Below are positions 46,936 to 56,168 of a stretch of 61,104 nucleotides of DNA, piece after piece (the stretch's first letter is position 1; each line of letters begins with the position of its first letter). The notes beneath the pieces were generated by a model. It saw only the letters and a list, made by a program, of their open reading frames with translations. It did not search any database and was not told the origin of the DNA. The position numbers and the translations under genes were made by a program. Source of the stretch: Candidatus Woesebacteria bacterium (lineage in GTDB: Bacteria > Patescibacteriota > Microgenomatia > UBA8517); contig DAIEQM010000044.1 of assembly GCA_027347685.1 (NCBI GenBank), forward strand, positions 1 through 61,104. Reading direction: 5' to 3'.

Positions 46936-47109
46936 ATGTTCTCACTTTCCATACTTATTACGACTGCCTGATGGTAAGCGTCTTTGGTCACAAACGCAAT
47001 GTTTTGCATTTTGAGTGTGTCTCTGTTAAACTACGTTCTAGATGTTCACTTAGGTTCTCGGTTGCCAACCGATTACTTGAGAGATACATGACGACTTACC
47101 TAAAAATAT

Positions 47110-47376
47110 ATGGCATTATCACGAGATCAAAAACTCGAAATCATTCAAAAATTTGCACGAGAAAAGGGTGACACCGGTTCTCCTGAAGTGCAGATTGCGC
47201 TTCTTACCGCTCAAATCGAGCAGCTTGTAGGCCACTTGAAAGAACATAATAAAGATATTCACTCACGACGAGGACTTCTTTCTATGGTTGCAAAACGACG
47301 ACGACTTTTGAGTTACCTCTCTAAACATGATGTTGAACGATTTGAAAAAGTCCGTGTGGACTTGGGTCTCAAGTAA
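47110..47376 (+). CDS. rpsO: 30S ribosomal protein S15
   Basis: [22 protein letters not shown]. Confidence 0.98.
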   Translation: MALSRDQKLEIIQKFAREKGDTGSPEVQIALLTAQIEQLVGHLKEHNKDIHSRRGLLSMVAKRRRLLSYLSKHDVERFEKVRVDLGLK

Positions 47377-47405
47377 TGCTGTTAACTACTTTATAATTAA
47401 TAAAA

Positions 47406-49745
47406 ATGTCTGAAATCACAAAATCAATAGAAATTGCAGGTCGTACACTTACCCTCAAGACTGGCAAACTCGCTCCTCAAGCTGGAATTGCAGTTCTCGC
47501 TCAATATGGCGAAACAGTGGTACTTGTTACTGCAACTTCTGCTCCTCTTAAACAAGAACTCGATTATTTCCCTCTTTCAGTTGAATACCAAGAAAGACTC
47601 TATGCAGGAGGAAGAATTAAAGGTTCTCGTTGGGTAAAGCGTGAAGGCCGCCCCACAGACGAAGAAATTCTTTCAGGCCGCGTAATCGACCGCTCCATTC
47701 GCCCCTTATTCCCTAAAACATATAAAAAAGAAGTGCAAGTTATTGCAACGGTTATGTCGGTTGACCTGGAAAACGATCCAACAACAACCGCAGCTTTTGC
47801 AGTGTCAGCAGCACTCACTGCTTCAAACCTTCCATTTGGAGGCCCTGTTTCAGTGCTTTCTGTTGGACTCATTGATGGAAAATTTATTTTGAATCCAACC
47901 AACCTTCAGGAGAAAGATTCGCTTATGGACCTCACAGTTTCTGCAACAAAAGATGCCATTATTATGGTTGAAGCAGGAGCAAAAGAAGTCAGTGAAGATG
48001 ATGTAATCGGCGGAATTGAATTTGCTCAAAAAGAAAGTAAAAAATTGTTTGCATTCTTTAATGAATTTGCCAAAGAAGTTGGAAACAAAAAAGAAGAATA
48101 CACCGAAAAAGAAGCCCCAGCAGAGCTCGTTAAGAAAATTGAAAAAGCTGCAAAGGCAAAACTCCCAGCAGTTGTTGAATCCCTTTCAAAAGTTGAGAGT
48201 GGACGCTCAACAGAATTTGACGATTTAGTAACTGAACTTTCAGAAGGACTGGAAGACGAAGAGAAGTCATTTGTGTACGGAATTCTGGACCACATGAAGA
48301 AAGAATATTTGCGCGAAATGATTCTTTCAGGAAAACGCATTGATGGACGGAAGCTCGATGAAATTCGACCGCTTTCAAGTATGGTTGGAGTACTTCCACG
48401 AACTCACGGTTCAGCTCTTTTCCAAAGAGGAGCAACACAAGTGCTTACCGTAGCTACTATTGGTTCACTTTCAAACGGACAACTTTTGGAGTCGTCTGAA
48501 GGGGAAACTGAGAAAAACTACATCCACCATTATGTAATGCCTCCATTTTCAACGGGGGAAACAGGACGAGTTGGACAACCTGGACGACGAGAAATTGGAC
48601 ATGGAGCGCTCGCTGAACGCGCACTTCTCCCCGTTCTTCCTGATGAAAAAACATTCCCGTATGCCATCCGACTAGTTTCCGAAGTACTTTCAAGTAATGG
48701 CTCAACCTCTATGGCTTCGACATGTGGTTCGACACTCGCACTTATGGATTCAGGAGTACCAATTATTCGACCGGTTTCTGGTATCGCCATGGGACTCGTA
48801 ATTGAAAGTGACAAGCGATTTGCCGTGATGAGTGATATCGCGGGAATTGAAGACTTCAATGGAGATATGGACTTTAAAGTAACCGGAACTGAAAAAGGAA
48901 TTACCGGTCTTCAACTTGACGTTAAGACATTGAATCTTTCTGCAAAGATTCTTAAAGAAGCAATTGAGCAGGCTAAAGTTGGACGCGCGTTTATCTTAAA
49001 GCACATGCTTTCAACAATCGCTGAACCAAGAGCTGAAGTTTCAAAGTATGCACCAAAGGTTGTTACGATTCACATTGATCCATTGAAGATTGGAGAAGTA
49101 GTTGGACCTGGTGGCAAGAGCATTAAGAAGATTATTGCGGAAACAGGAGCACGAGTGGAGATTAGTGATGATGGATCAGTTGATATTTCAGCGGTAGACG
49201 CAGAGGCAGTTGATAAAGCAGTGAAATGGGTTGAGTCAATTGTAAAAGTTCCAATGCCTGGAGAAATTTATGAAGGAGAGGTTGTCAGAATTGAGCGATT
49301 TGGAGCATTTGTTGAAATTCTTCCTGGAAAAGACGGACTCGTGCATGTATCAGACATGTCAGAAGGATTTGTGAGTAACCCTGAAGACATTGTTTCCCTA
49401 AATCAAAAAGTAACCGTCAGAGTGAAAGAAGTTGATACGATGGGAAGAATCAACCTTTCGTTGAACCTCGACCCAGCAGTTGATCAAGCAAAACAAGAAC
49501 GATCTCGTGAAGGTGGAGACGGTGGACGAGGCGGAAACAGTGGAGGCGGATCATTTGAAAGACGGCCTCAACGAAGTTTTGACAGAGGTAACAGTCGAGG
49601 ACCACGACGAGACAATGGACCACGAACAGGAGCGCCGAGACGCGACTTCGGACGACGTGATCGCGAAGATGCAACTGGTGGACCTCATTTCCCCACAAGT
49701 CGCTTGGTGAGTTCAGAACCTACCCAAGGGCGATTTAATCGTTAA
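47406..49745 (+). CDS. pnp: Polyribonucleotide nucleotidyltransferase
   Basis: IDRSIRPLF, RREIGHG.LA, SNGSTSMAS, GDMDFKV, KH and S1 domains. Confidence 0.98.
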   Translation: MSEITKSIEIAGRTLTLKTGKLAPQAGIAVLAQYGETVVLVTATSAPLKQELDYFPLSVEYQERLYAGGRIKGSRWVKREGRPTDEEILSGRVIDRSIRPLFPKTYKKEVQVIATVMSVDLENDPTTTAAFAVSAALTASNLPFGGPVSVLSVGLIDGKFILNPTNLQEKDSLMDLTVSATKDAIIMVEAGAKEVSEDDVIGGIEFAQKESKKLFAFFNEFAKEVGNKKEEYTEKEAPAELVKKIEKAAKAKLPAVVESLSKVESGRSTEFDDLVTELSEGLEDEEKSFVYGILDHMKKEYLREMILSGKRIDGRKLDEIRPLSSMVGVLPRTHGSALFQRGATQVLTVATIGSLSNGQLLESSEGETEKNYIHHYVMPPFSTGETGRVGQPGRREIGHGALAERALLPVLPDEKTFPYAIRLVSEVLSSNGSTSMASTCGSTLALMDSGVPIIRPVSGIAMGLVIESDKRFAVMSDIAGIEDFNGDMDFKVTGTEKGITGLQLDVKTLNLSAKILKEAIEQAKVGRAFILKHMLSTIAEPRAEVSKYAPKVVTIHIDPLKIGEVVGPGGKSIKKIIAETGARVEISDDGSVDISAVDAEAVDKAVKWVESIVKVPMPGEIYEGEVVRIERFGAFVEILPGKDGLVHVSDMSEGFVSNPEDIVSLNQKVTVRVKEVDTMGRINLSLNLDPAVDQAKQERSREGGDGGRGGNSGGGSFERRPQRSFDRGNSRGPRRDNGPRTGAPRRDFGRRDREDATGGPHFPTSRLVSSEPTQGRFNR

Positions 49746-49772
49746 GACCTACTTACAAACAGGAAGCGTGAT

Positions 49773-50381
49773 ATGACTGAAAAATTCAAGATAATACTGT
49801 ACTGTGGACCCGACGGAGCTGGCAAGGATTATTTAGCAGGGAAGGCCCTGGAAATGCTTTCCGATTTTCTGACGACAGCAGCAATGGTAACTACCAGACC
49901 TGCTCGTGACCCGAAGGTTGAAACAAAAATCCCCATTGAAGAGTCTGTTTTTGATGCATTGCATTCTTCAGGTGAACTCCTCGGTGCACACCTCAATCGA
50001 GGCCATAAGTACGCATATCGTCGACACGACTTGGTCGAGGCGAAGAAACAAGGCAAAGTTGGGGCACTCTTGGAAGTGAATCCTGCGGTTCAAGCACATT
50101 TGGTTCATGAGCTTAAAAATGATCCAGATCTGCAACTCGTTGGATGGATTGGGCTTGCAGGAGACCAAGAATATTTGGCTCAGAACATAAAGTCGCGAGA
50201 CAACTCAAGCGATGACATCATTCAAGCCAAGCTTGAAATGGCACAGCAAATTTCAGACGCAATTTCTGTAAATCACAAAAAAGGTTTACTCGAAATTTTC
50301 GAAGTGGGTTGGAGCAATCGAGCCACCATGCATGAAGAATATTCTGCACGAGTTGCAGAACTGCTTGGCATTTCGCGATAA
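49773..50381 (+). CDS. Guanylate kinase-like P-loop kinase
   Basis: GPDGAGKD, TTRPAR, G..Y. Confidence 0.65.
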   Translation: MTEKFKIILYCGPDGAGKDYLAGKALEMLSDFLTTAAMVTTRPARDPKVETKIPIEESVFDALHSSGELLGAHLNRGHKYAYRRHDLVEAKKQGKVGALLEVNPAVQAHLVHELKNDPDLQLVGWIGLAGDQEYLAQNIKSRDNSSDDIIQAKLEMAQQISDAISVNHKKGLLEIFEVGWSNRATMHEEYSARVAELLGISR

Positions 50382-50441
50382 CTACACAAGGTGCGGGTTT
50401 TATTTGAAACTCTGCACCTTTTTTCGTGCTATATTGAATAT

Positions 50442-51491
50442 ATGGACACCAACGCTGCCTCTATTTTGGACTCTCTTAAAAAACGTCTTGAGCCTGCTCA
50501 AATCCCCGAAGACCTCAAGGAAGGAATTAATATTCGCCTGCAGCAAATGACTGCGCTTACCAATTCCCCAACGTTCCTCCCAGAGCTTGACCGTATGGAC
50601 CGTTATATTGATTGGGTAACTCATTTACCATGGAACACTATCACTCCCGACCAGCTTGATCTTTCAAAGGCCAAAGAAATTCTCGACTCACACCATTACG
50701 GACTTGAACCATTGAAGGAACGTATTTTGGAATATCTTTCGGTTATGAAGCTCATGATGGATAAAGGAGAAGATGTCGCCAAACGCTCGCCAATCCTTTT
50801 GTTCGTAGGTCTTGTGGGAACAGGTAAAACAACCATGGCCATCAGTGTGGCAGAAGCCATTGGACGTAAATTTGTCCGTATTCCATTTGGAGGTATGGGA
50901 GATCCACTGGAGCTTCGTGGACAATCACGCATGCATCCCGAAGCAGAACCGGGACGCATTATAAAAGCACTTCGTATTGCACAAAGTAGGAATCCGATTA
51001 TTCTCCTCGATGAAATTGATCGTGTGACGGAACAAGGAAGAGCCGCCATTATGGGTGTGCTCGTCGAACTTCTCGACCCTGAACAAAATCAGGCGTTTGT
51101 TGACCATTATCTTGATTACCCGGTTGATCTTTCTAACGCTCTCTTTATTGCAACCGCCAACAATACGACCAATATTGCCACTGCTGTTATGGATCGCTTA
51201 GAGCCTATTACCATGCCGAGTTACAGTGACACCGAAAAAATTGAAATTGCTAAGCGCTACATTTTGCCAAAGGTCTTAAAAGAGTCAGGTCTTCCAGACA
51301 ATGCGATTACGTTTGATGACGACGTGTGGATTAGCATTGCGCGTCCCTTGGTGTATGACGCCGGTATTCGTACCCTTGATCGTACTGTGCAGGGAGTTGT
51401 ACGTAAGGTTGCCAAAATGATTGTTTCTGGACAAGGAACACAATTCCACATTACCCACGAGAACGTAAAACAGTTCTTGCCTCAGTGGTAA
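50442..51491 (+). CDS. Lon-type AAA+ ATPase without N-terminal or protease domain
   Basis: Y.DW...LPW, LD..HYGL...KERILEYL, G..GTGKT, LLDEID, LLDPEQN..F.DHYL, DRLE; ends after the alpha domain. Confidence 0.88.
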   Translation: MDTNAASILDSLKKRLEPAQIPEDLKEGINIRLQQMTALTNSPTFLPELDRMDRYIDWVTHLPWNTITPDQLDLSKAKEILDSHHYGLEPLKERILEYLSVMKLMMDKGEDVAKRSPILLFVGLVGTGKTTMAISVAEAIGRKFVRIPFGGMGDPLELRGQSRMHPEAEPGRIIKALRIAQSRNPIILLDEIDRVTEQGRAAIMGVLVELLDPEQNQAFVDHYLDYPVDLSNALFIATANNTTNIATAVMDRLEPITMPSYSDTEKIEIAKRYILPKVLKESGLPDNAITFDDDVWISIARPLVYDAGIRTLDRTVQGVVRKVAKMIVSGQGTQFHITHENVKQFLPQW

Positions 51492-51562
51492 ATGGTTCAT
51501 CGCCTGTAACGTATTGAGTTGCGGATGTATACTACAACATCAGTTTTTTAAGGAGGATAGCG

Positions 51563-51817
51563 ATGATCGGTTGTTTCATTAACATTCTCAGAGGTCTGTT
51601 GGTTTTTCTTGTTGCAGGACTCCTTTTCACCTATGCAGTATACGGTGTGCCGTCAAAATATACGGCGAATGCTGTTGTGATAACGATACTCGCGGTTCTC
51701 GGAATAGTGGTGTTAAGTGTGATTGCTTATTTTAATAACCAACGTATTCGGAGAAAACTCGTGAGTAAAGGGAGTTCTCGGAATTATGGTTCCCCAGGAG
51801 CCCCAATTCACATGTGA
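51563..51817 (+). CDS. Small 2-TM hypothetical protein
   Basis: AAGGAGG SD; terminator GGGCGGCA/TGCCGCCC at 51829-51855. Confidence 0.65.
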   Translation: MIGCFINILRGLLVFLVAGLLFTYAVYGVPSKYTANAVVITILAVLGIVVLSVIAYFNNQRIRRKLVSKGSSRNYGSPGAPIHM

Positions 51818-51919
51818 GGCGTTGTGTTGGGCGGCACTCAATATGCCGCCCTCTTATATGCATTGCAAAAGCTATCGCTCTACTAAATCTCCCCCAATCA
51901 GTGTAAAATACCTTTAGTT

Positions 51920-53572
51920 ATGTCTTCTCTTAAATTTGTTGCACTCTCCGGCACGACAGGTGTCACTGAAAATTGTTATATCTACGAATACGAAGACTCA
52001 ATGATTGTCGTGGATTGTGGAGTTGGGTTTCCGGACGCCGATATGTATGGCGTGGACCTCGTTATTCCCGACTTTAACTACATTCGAAAAAACGCGCACA
52101 AACTCAAAGCCATTGTTATTACCCACGGTCACGAAGATCACATTGGAGCAATTCCCTTTTTGGTGAAAGAAGTTCGGGTTCCGATTTATGCCTCTCCCCT
52201 TACCGCAGGCTTCATTAAAGACAAACTGCTCGACTCAAATATTCGTGACGTAAAAATTAATGTATTCAACTTAGAAACTGATGTCGTGCGCATTGGGCCG
52301 TTTACGATTACCCCATTTCGAGTCAGTCATTCCATTCCTGATGCGTCAGGCCTGTGTATTGATACCCCTGAGGGAAAAGTATTTCATGTACCGGATTATA
52401 AATTTGATTGGACTCCAGTAAACGGCAAACCATTTGATGTGGGAAAAGCAGCACTCTTGGCTTCAGGTGGCGTGTTGGCATTGGCTTCAGATTCTCTGGG
52501 TTCAACAAGCCCTGGGTACACCGAAAGTGAACAAACCATTGAAGGCATTATTAAGCGCATTGTCTTGGACGCGACAGGCCTGGTGTATTTTACGACCATT
52601 AGTAGCAATATTTCTCGTATGCAGCAGGCCATATATGCGGCCGAAGCATCTGGCCGTAAAGTGAGCTTCATTGGCCGGTCTATTATTCGGAAGGCCGAAG
52701 TCGCTCGGAAACTTGGCTACCTTAAATATTCTCCAAGTAATATTGTTCAGGGCAAAGATGCACGAAAACTTCCTCGTGACAAAGTTATGTACATTATTTC
52801 GGGCTCTTACGGACAACCAGGAAGTGCGTTGTATCGAGTTGCCATGGGTGAGCATGACTTCTTAACTGTTTCCGAAAATGACACGGTTGTGTTTTCAGCT
52901 GATCCTGCACCACCGGGAGCAAAAGCGAATGTAGACTTTGTAGTTGATCGGCTTTTGGAAGGAAATATCGATGTTCACTACTATGATATGCAAGAAAACT
53001 TGCATGTGTCAGGACATGGAAGCATGGAAGACATCAAAATGCTTATGGCTATTGTTAAGCCAAAGTATTTAATTCCCATTGGAGGAACAATTCGCCACAA
53101 CAGAGCATACGGCCAAATTGGAGAAATGATGGGAATTAAAAAGCATGATGTATTGGAGCTGACTGGAGGGGAGACGGTGGACTTTAGTAACGGGCATGCA
53201 AAGCGAGGAGAAACGATTCCGGTGAGGCAAGTCTTGGTAGATGGGCTTGAAGTCGGGGACGTGGGGCAGGTAGTGCTTCGTGACCGCCAAATTTTGGCAT
53301 CAGACGGAATTGCAATTGTAGTCATGGGCTTTAATACTGCTACCAAAAAAGTGGTGGGAGAGCCCGAAATTATTAGTCGTGGATTTGTATTTGAAAAAAT
53401 GAAGAAGAATTTTCTTCTTGAAAGTGGCGTGCGCCTCGTCAAAAACCTCGACAAGAAAAATATTGTAAATCCGGCCGTCGCCAAGCGTGAAGCCGTCGAC
53501 TTTTTGGAGCGGTACTTCTTTGAAAAGACTGGCCGTCGTCCGATGATTTTGCCAGTAGTCGTGGAAGAGTGA
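51920..53572 (+). CDS. rnj: Ribonuclease J
   Basis: THGHEDHIG, HSIPD, HVSGH, RGFV, RRPMILP. Confidence 0.96.
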   Translation: MSSLKFVALSGTTGVTENCYIYEYEDSMIVVDCGVGFPDADMYGVDLVIPDFNYIRKNAHKLKAIVITHGHEDHIGAIPFLVKEVRVPIYASPLTAGFIKDKLLDSNIRDVKINVFNLETDVVRIGPFTITPFRVSHSIPDASGLCIDTPEGKVFHVPDYKFDWTPVNGKPFDVGKAALLASGGVLALASDSLGSTSPGYTESEQTIEGIIKRIVLDATGLVYFTTISSNISRMQQAIYAAEASGRKVSFIGRSIIRKAEVARKLGYLKYSPSNIVQGKDARKLPRDKVMYIISGSYGQPGSALYRVAMGEHDFLTVSENDTVVFSADPAPPGAKANVDFVVDRLLEGNIDVHYYDMQENLHVSGHGSMEDIKMLMAIVKPKYLIPIGGTIRHNRAYGQIGEMMGIKKHDVLELTGGETVDFSNGHAKRGETIPVRQVLVDGLEVGDVGQVVLRDRQILASDGIAIVVMGFNTATKKVVGEPEIISRGFVFEKMKKNFLLESGVRLVKNLDKKNIVNPAVAKREAVDFLERYFFEKTGRRPMILPVVVEE

Positions 53573-53583
53573 TACGATGAAGC

Positions 53584-56115
53584 ATGAGTATGGAAAATAG
53601 CCTGGATCCAGTCGCCTTGTTTCGTCAGAGAGAAGAGAAACGTGCTCAAAATAACCCCAATGCAAATGTTGATGAGCGAGTAGAGCAAGATATTATTCGC
53701 GAAATTCGCGATGGCAACGGCTCTCTTGAACAAAAACAGAATTTGTACAACCAATTGTCCCCAGAAGCAAAGAGATCTACTCCTATCTCCCCAGAACTTA
53801 AAAATTCTTTGCAACCGAGCCAGGAGCAACTTCAAAAACAAAGAGATGCTCTCATGGAATCCATGTGGTCAAACCCAACGCATGATACACAAGACGCTAT
53901 TACAAAAATTGACAGAGAACTTGAGAATCGTTTTGCTGTTGATCCGTTGTATAAAAGACTTGGGAAGGATGACCCAAATCTTCTCAATGCGCGACGCGAA
54001 AAATTGGTATCAAAAATGCTATCGGAACCCGACGAAGCCACTCAAACTGAAATTAGAGACATTGATGAAAAGCTGAAAAAAATAAATTCACCCAAACCAA
54101 CAGAATCTCAAGATCAGTCCGTAGCCACACCAGAAGCCGTTAAAAATGAATTACCTCTTCCCCCAGAATGGGATTTACTTGAGGAAGACGATGAAGAGGA
54201 AATAAACATTACAGGAGTGTTAAAAGACATTCACGAATCTGATAAATTACCAGTTAATGAGGAATCTAAAACCCCTCTTTCTGTGGATGAGGCTATAAAA
54301 TATTTTGCGAGTGAGCAGCCGCGGCTTCTGAAGTTAGTTCGTGATTTTAGGGAGTCACACTTAATAAATTCGAATACAAGAGATGATATTCAAGATCAAA
54401 TAGACTCTGCTCGAAGACAATTAGATAACTATCGCAAAAGTGGACTGATATTTGAAAACAAATCTAAAGATTCAAACAAAGGATATACTTTTGTGGACTT
54501 TATGCTCCAGCAGGAAAAGTTAATTAAACTCGCCGAAGAAAGTTTGGGACAACGTGCCTCGAAAAAAGGGACTCTTATAACAAGAACTGATCCTGAGTTT
54601 TTTGCTGAATTTGATCGCGTAGAGGAAGAAATGACCGAGGACTTTAGAGAACTCCACCCAGAATTTCAAAGTAAAAATTCAGAAGTTAAAAGCTCAGAAG
54701 AAGATAAAAAACCAGAAACACCTCTCCGATTTAGTGACGGCAAAGAAGTTGATAGTCTCAAAGCTCCGCTTGAAGACGATGAGCCCCATATTGTGGTATC
54801 CAATGATAGTTCTCCTAAAGAGCAACCAAAGCCGAGACGTTTTTCTGCTATCAGAAATATATTTGCAAACATTACCTCAAAAAACCGATCTACTACACCA
54901 CCTCCAGTACCAGTCTTAACAGACAATCCTCCGAGTGCTGAGACTCCTATTTCTCAGATACAACCTCTTGAACAGGCAATTTTCCCAGAGACCCCACCGC
55001 CACCTGAAATTGATGCTTTGTCTGAAGAAGTCACCGTTGAATCGAGTTCATCTGCAAATCAAGAATTAGCTTATGAGTCTCATTTAAACGAGAATATTGA
55101 TCAGGAAATTGCCGAAGTAGATCAGCTGAGTGACAAAGAAGTTGTTGAGCGCATCGTTCCTGAGATGTCGTCGTATCACGACTATGACGATTTGCCTAAA
55201 GCGAGCGAAGTTCATTCAGAAAAGGAGCTTATCCATGCGCTTGTCTCTCATGCGAACTTTATTCAAACAATGTTTAACGAAAAAGCTGTAGATAAATCGA
55301 ACTATGGTGAGGTGTTAGCACAACGGAAAGATATTTCACAAAAAGAAATAGAATTTTTGTATGAACCCAATATTTATCATCTTATTTCGAATGGCGTTTT
55401 TAACCCAGCACTCTCGACCTATCATCGAAATTATATTTCTGCTCTATATATACCAGATGGTACTGACGGTAATTTGTCGGATCAGAATAGTGGTATGTTG
55501 CATGTTGATATCTCACATAAGTCTTCAGATGAACGTGTGCTTCTGAGATCAGAAATAAATGGGGGATACACTTTCTCGCTTGATCCAACGTTCAACGCAT
55601 CGCTACGTACAGCTGAGAATGATATTCAGGACGTTGAACCTGAAACTACTGTGCCGGCATCACAGATTACAAATGAAGCTCCTTCTGCAGTTTCATCTGA
55701 GTTGCAGGACGGAACAAAGAACGAAGGAGGAAGTGAGGAAGCAGCACAATTGAGCGCTGAAAATTTAACTGAGCAAATCGAGAATCGTATCAATCAAACT
55801 AACCAAACATTGGATGATTTTAGGAGCGCACTTCAAAATGTGACTGACGCAAATGAGTTAAATCGGATTAAGTTACAATTTGCTAATCTTATTCAGGGAG
55901 AAATTAATCAGGTTGACCAATTTAGGCAGGGGCAAGAATATCGAACGCTTAATATGGATCAACAATCACTGTTGTCCGGCTACCGGATGATGCAAAAAGA
56001 TCTTGCAAAATTATCTTCTCGGTTAGGAGGCCCGGGAGATGTCACTTATGAAATGACAGAATATTTGAAAGATATTGAATACAATAAAGATCTTATCCAA
56101 AAACTGACAAAATAA
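53584..56115 (+). CDS. Large acidic, helical/low-complexity hypothetical protein
   Basis: 843-aa uninterrupted ORF rich in E/D/S/Q/P. Confidence 0.75.
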   Translation: MSMENSLDPVALFRQREEKRAQNNPNANVDERVEQDIIREIRDGNGSLEQKQNLYNQLSPEAKRSTPISPELKNSLQPSQEQLQKQRDALMESMWSNPTHDTQDAITKIDRELENRFAVDPLYKRLGKDDPNLLNARREKLVSKMLSEPDEATQTEIRDIDEKLKKINSPKPTESQDQSVATPEAVKNELPLPPEWDLLEEDDEEEINITGVLKDIHESDKLPVNEESKTPLSVDEAIKYFASEQPRLLKLVRDFRESHLINSNTRDDIQDQIDSARRQLDNYRKSGLIFENKSKDSNKGYTFVDFMLQQEKLIKLAEESLGQRASKKGTLITRTDPEFFAEFDRVEEEMTEDFRELHPEFQSKNSEVKSSEEDKKPETPLRFSDGKEVDSLKAPLEDDEPHIVVSNDSSPKEQPKPRRFSAIRNIFANITSKNRSTTPPPVPVLTDNPPSAETPISQIQPLEQAIFPETPPPPEIDALSEEVTVESSSSANQELAYESHLNENIDQEIAEVDQLSDKEVVERIVPEMSSYHDYDDLPKASEVHSEKELIHALVSHANFIQTMFNEKAVDKSNYGEVLAQRKDISQKEIEFLYEPNIYHLISNGVFNPALSTYHRNYISALYIPDGTDGNLSDQNSGMLHVDISHKSSDERVLLRSEINGGYTFSLDPTFNASLRTAENDIQDVEPETTVPASQITNEAPSAVSSELQDGTKNEGGSEEAAQLSAENLTEQIENRINQTNQTLDDFRSALQNVTDANELNRIKLQFANLIQGEINQVDQFRQGQEYRTLNMDQQSLLSGYRMMQKDLAKLSSRLGGPGDVTYEMTEYLKDIEYNKDLIQKLTK

Positions 56116-56168
56116 GGAGATATTAATGCTTGATTGATACTTCACTTTGCTATACTGTGATGAACACT

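Noticed and set aside
49500..49745. Arg/Gly-rich low-complexity PNPase tail
   Set aside because: A common variable C-terminal extension of PNPase
52981..53841. 286-aa antisense ORF (also 56150-56776, 42862-43374, 46427-47014, 16551-16922)
   Set aside because: Shadow frames of well-supported genes on the opposite strand, with no motifs
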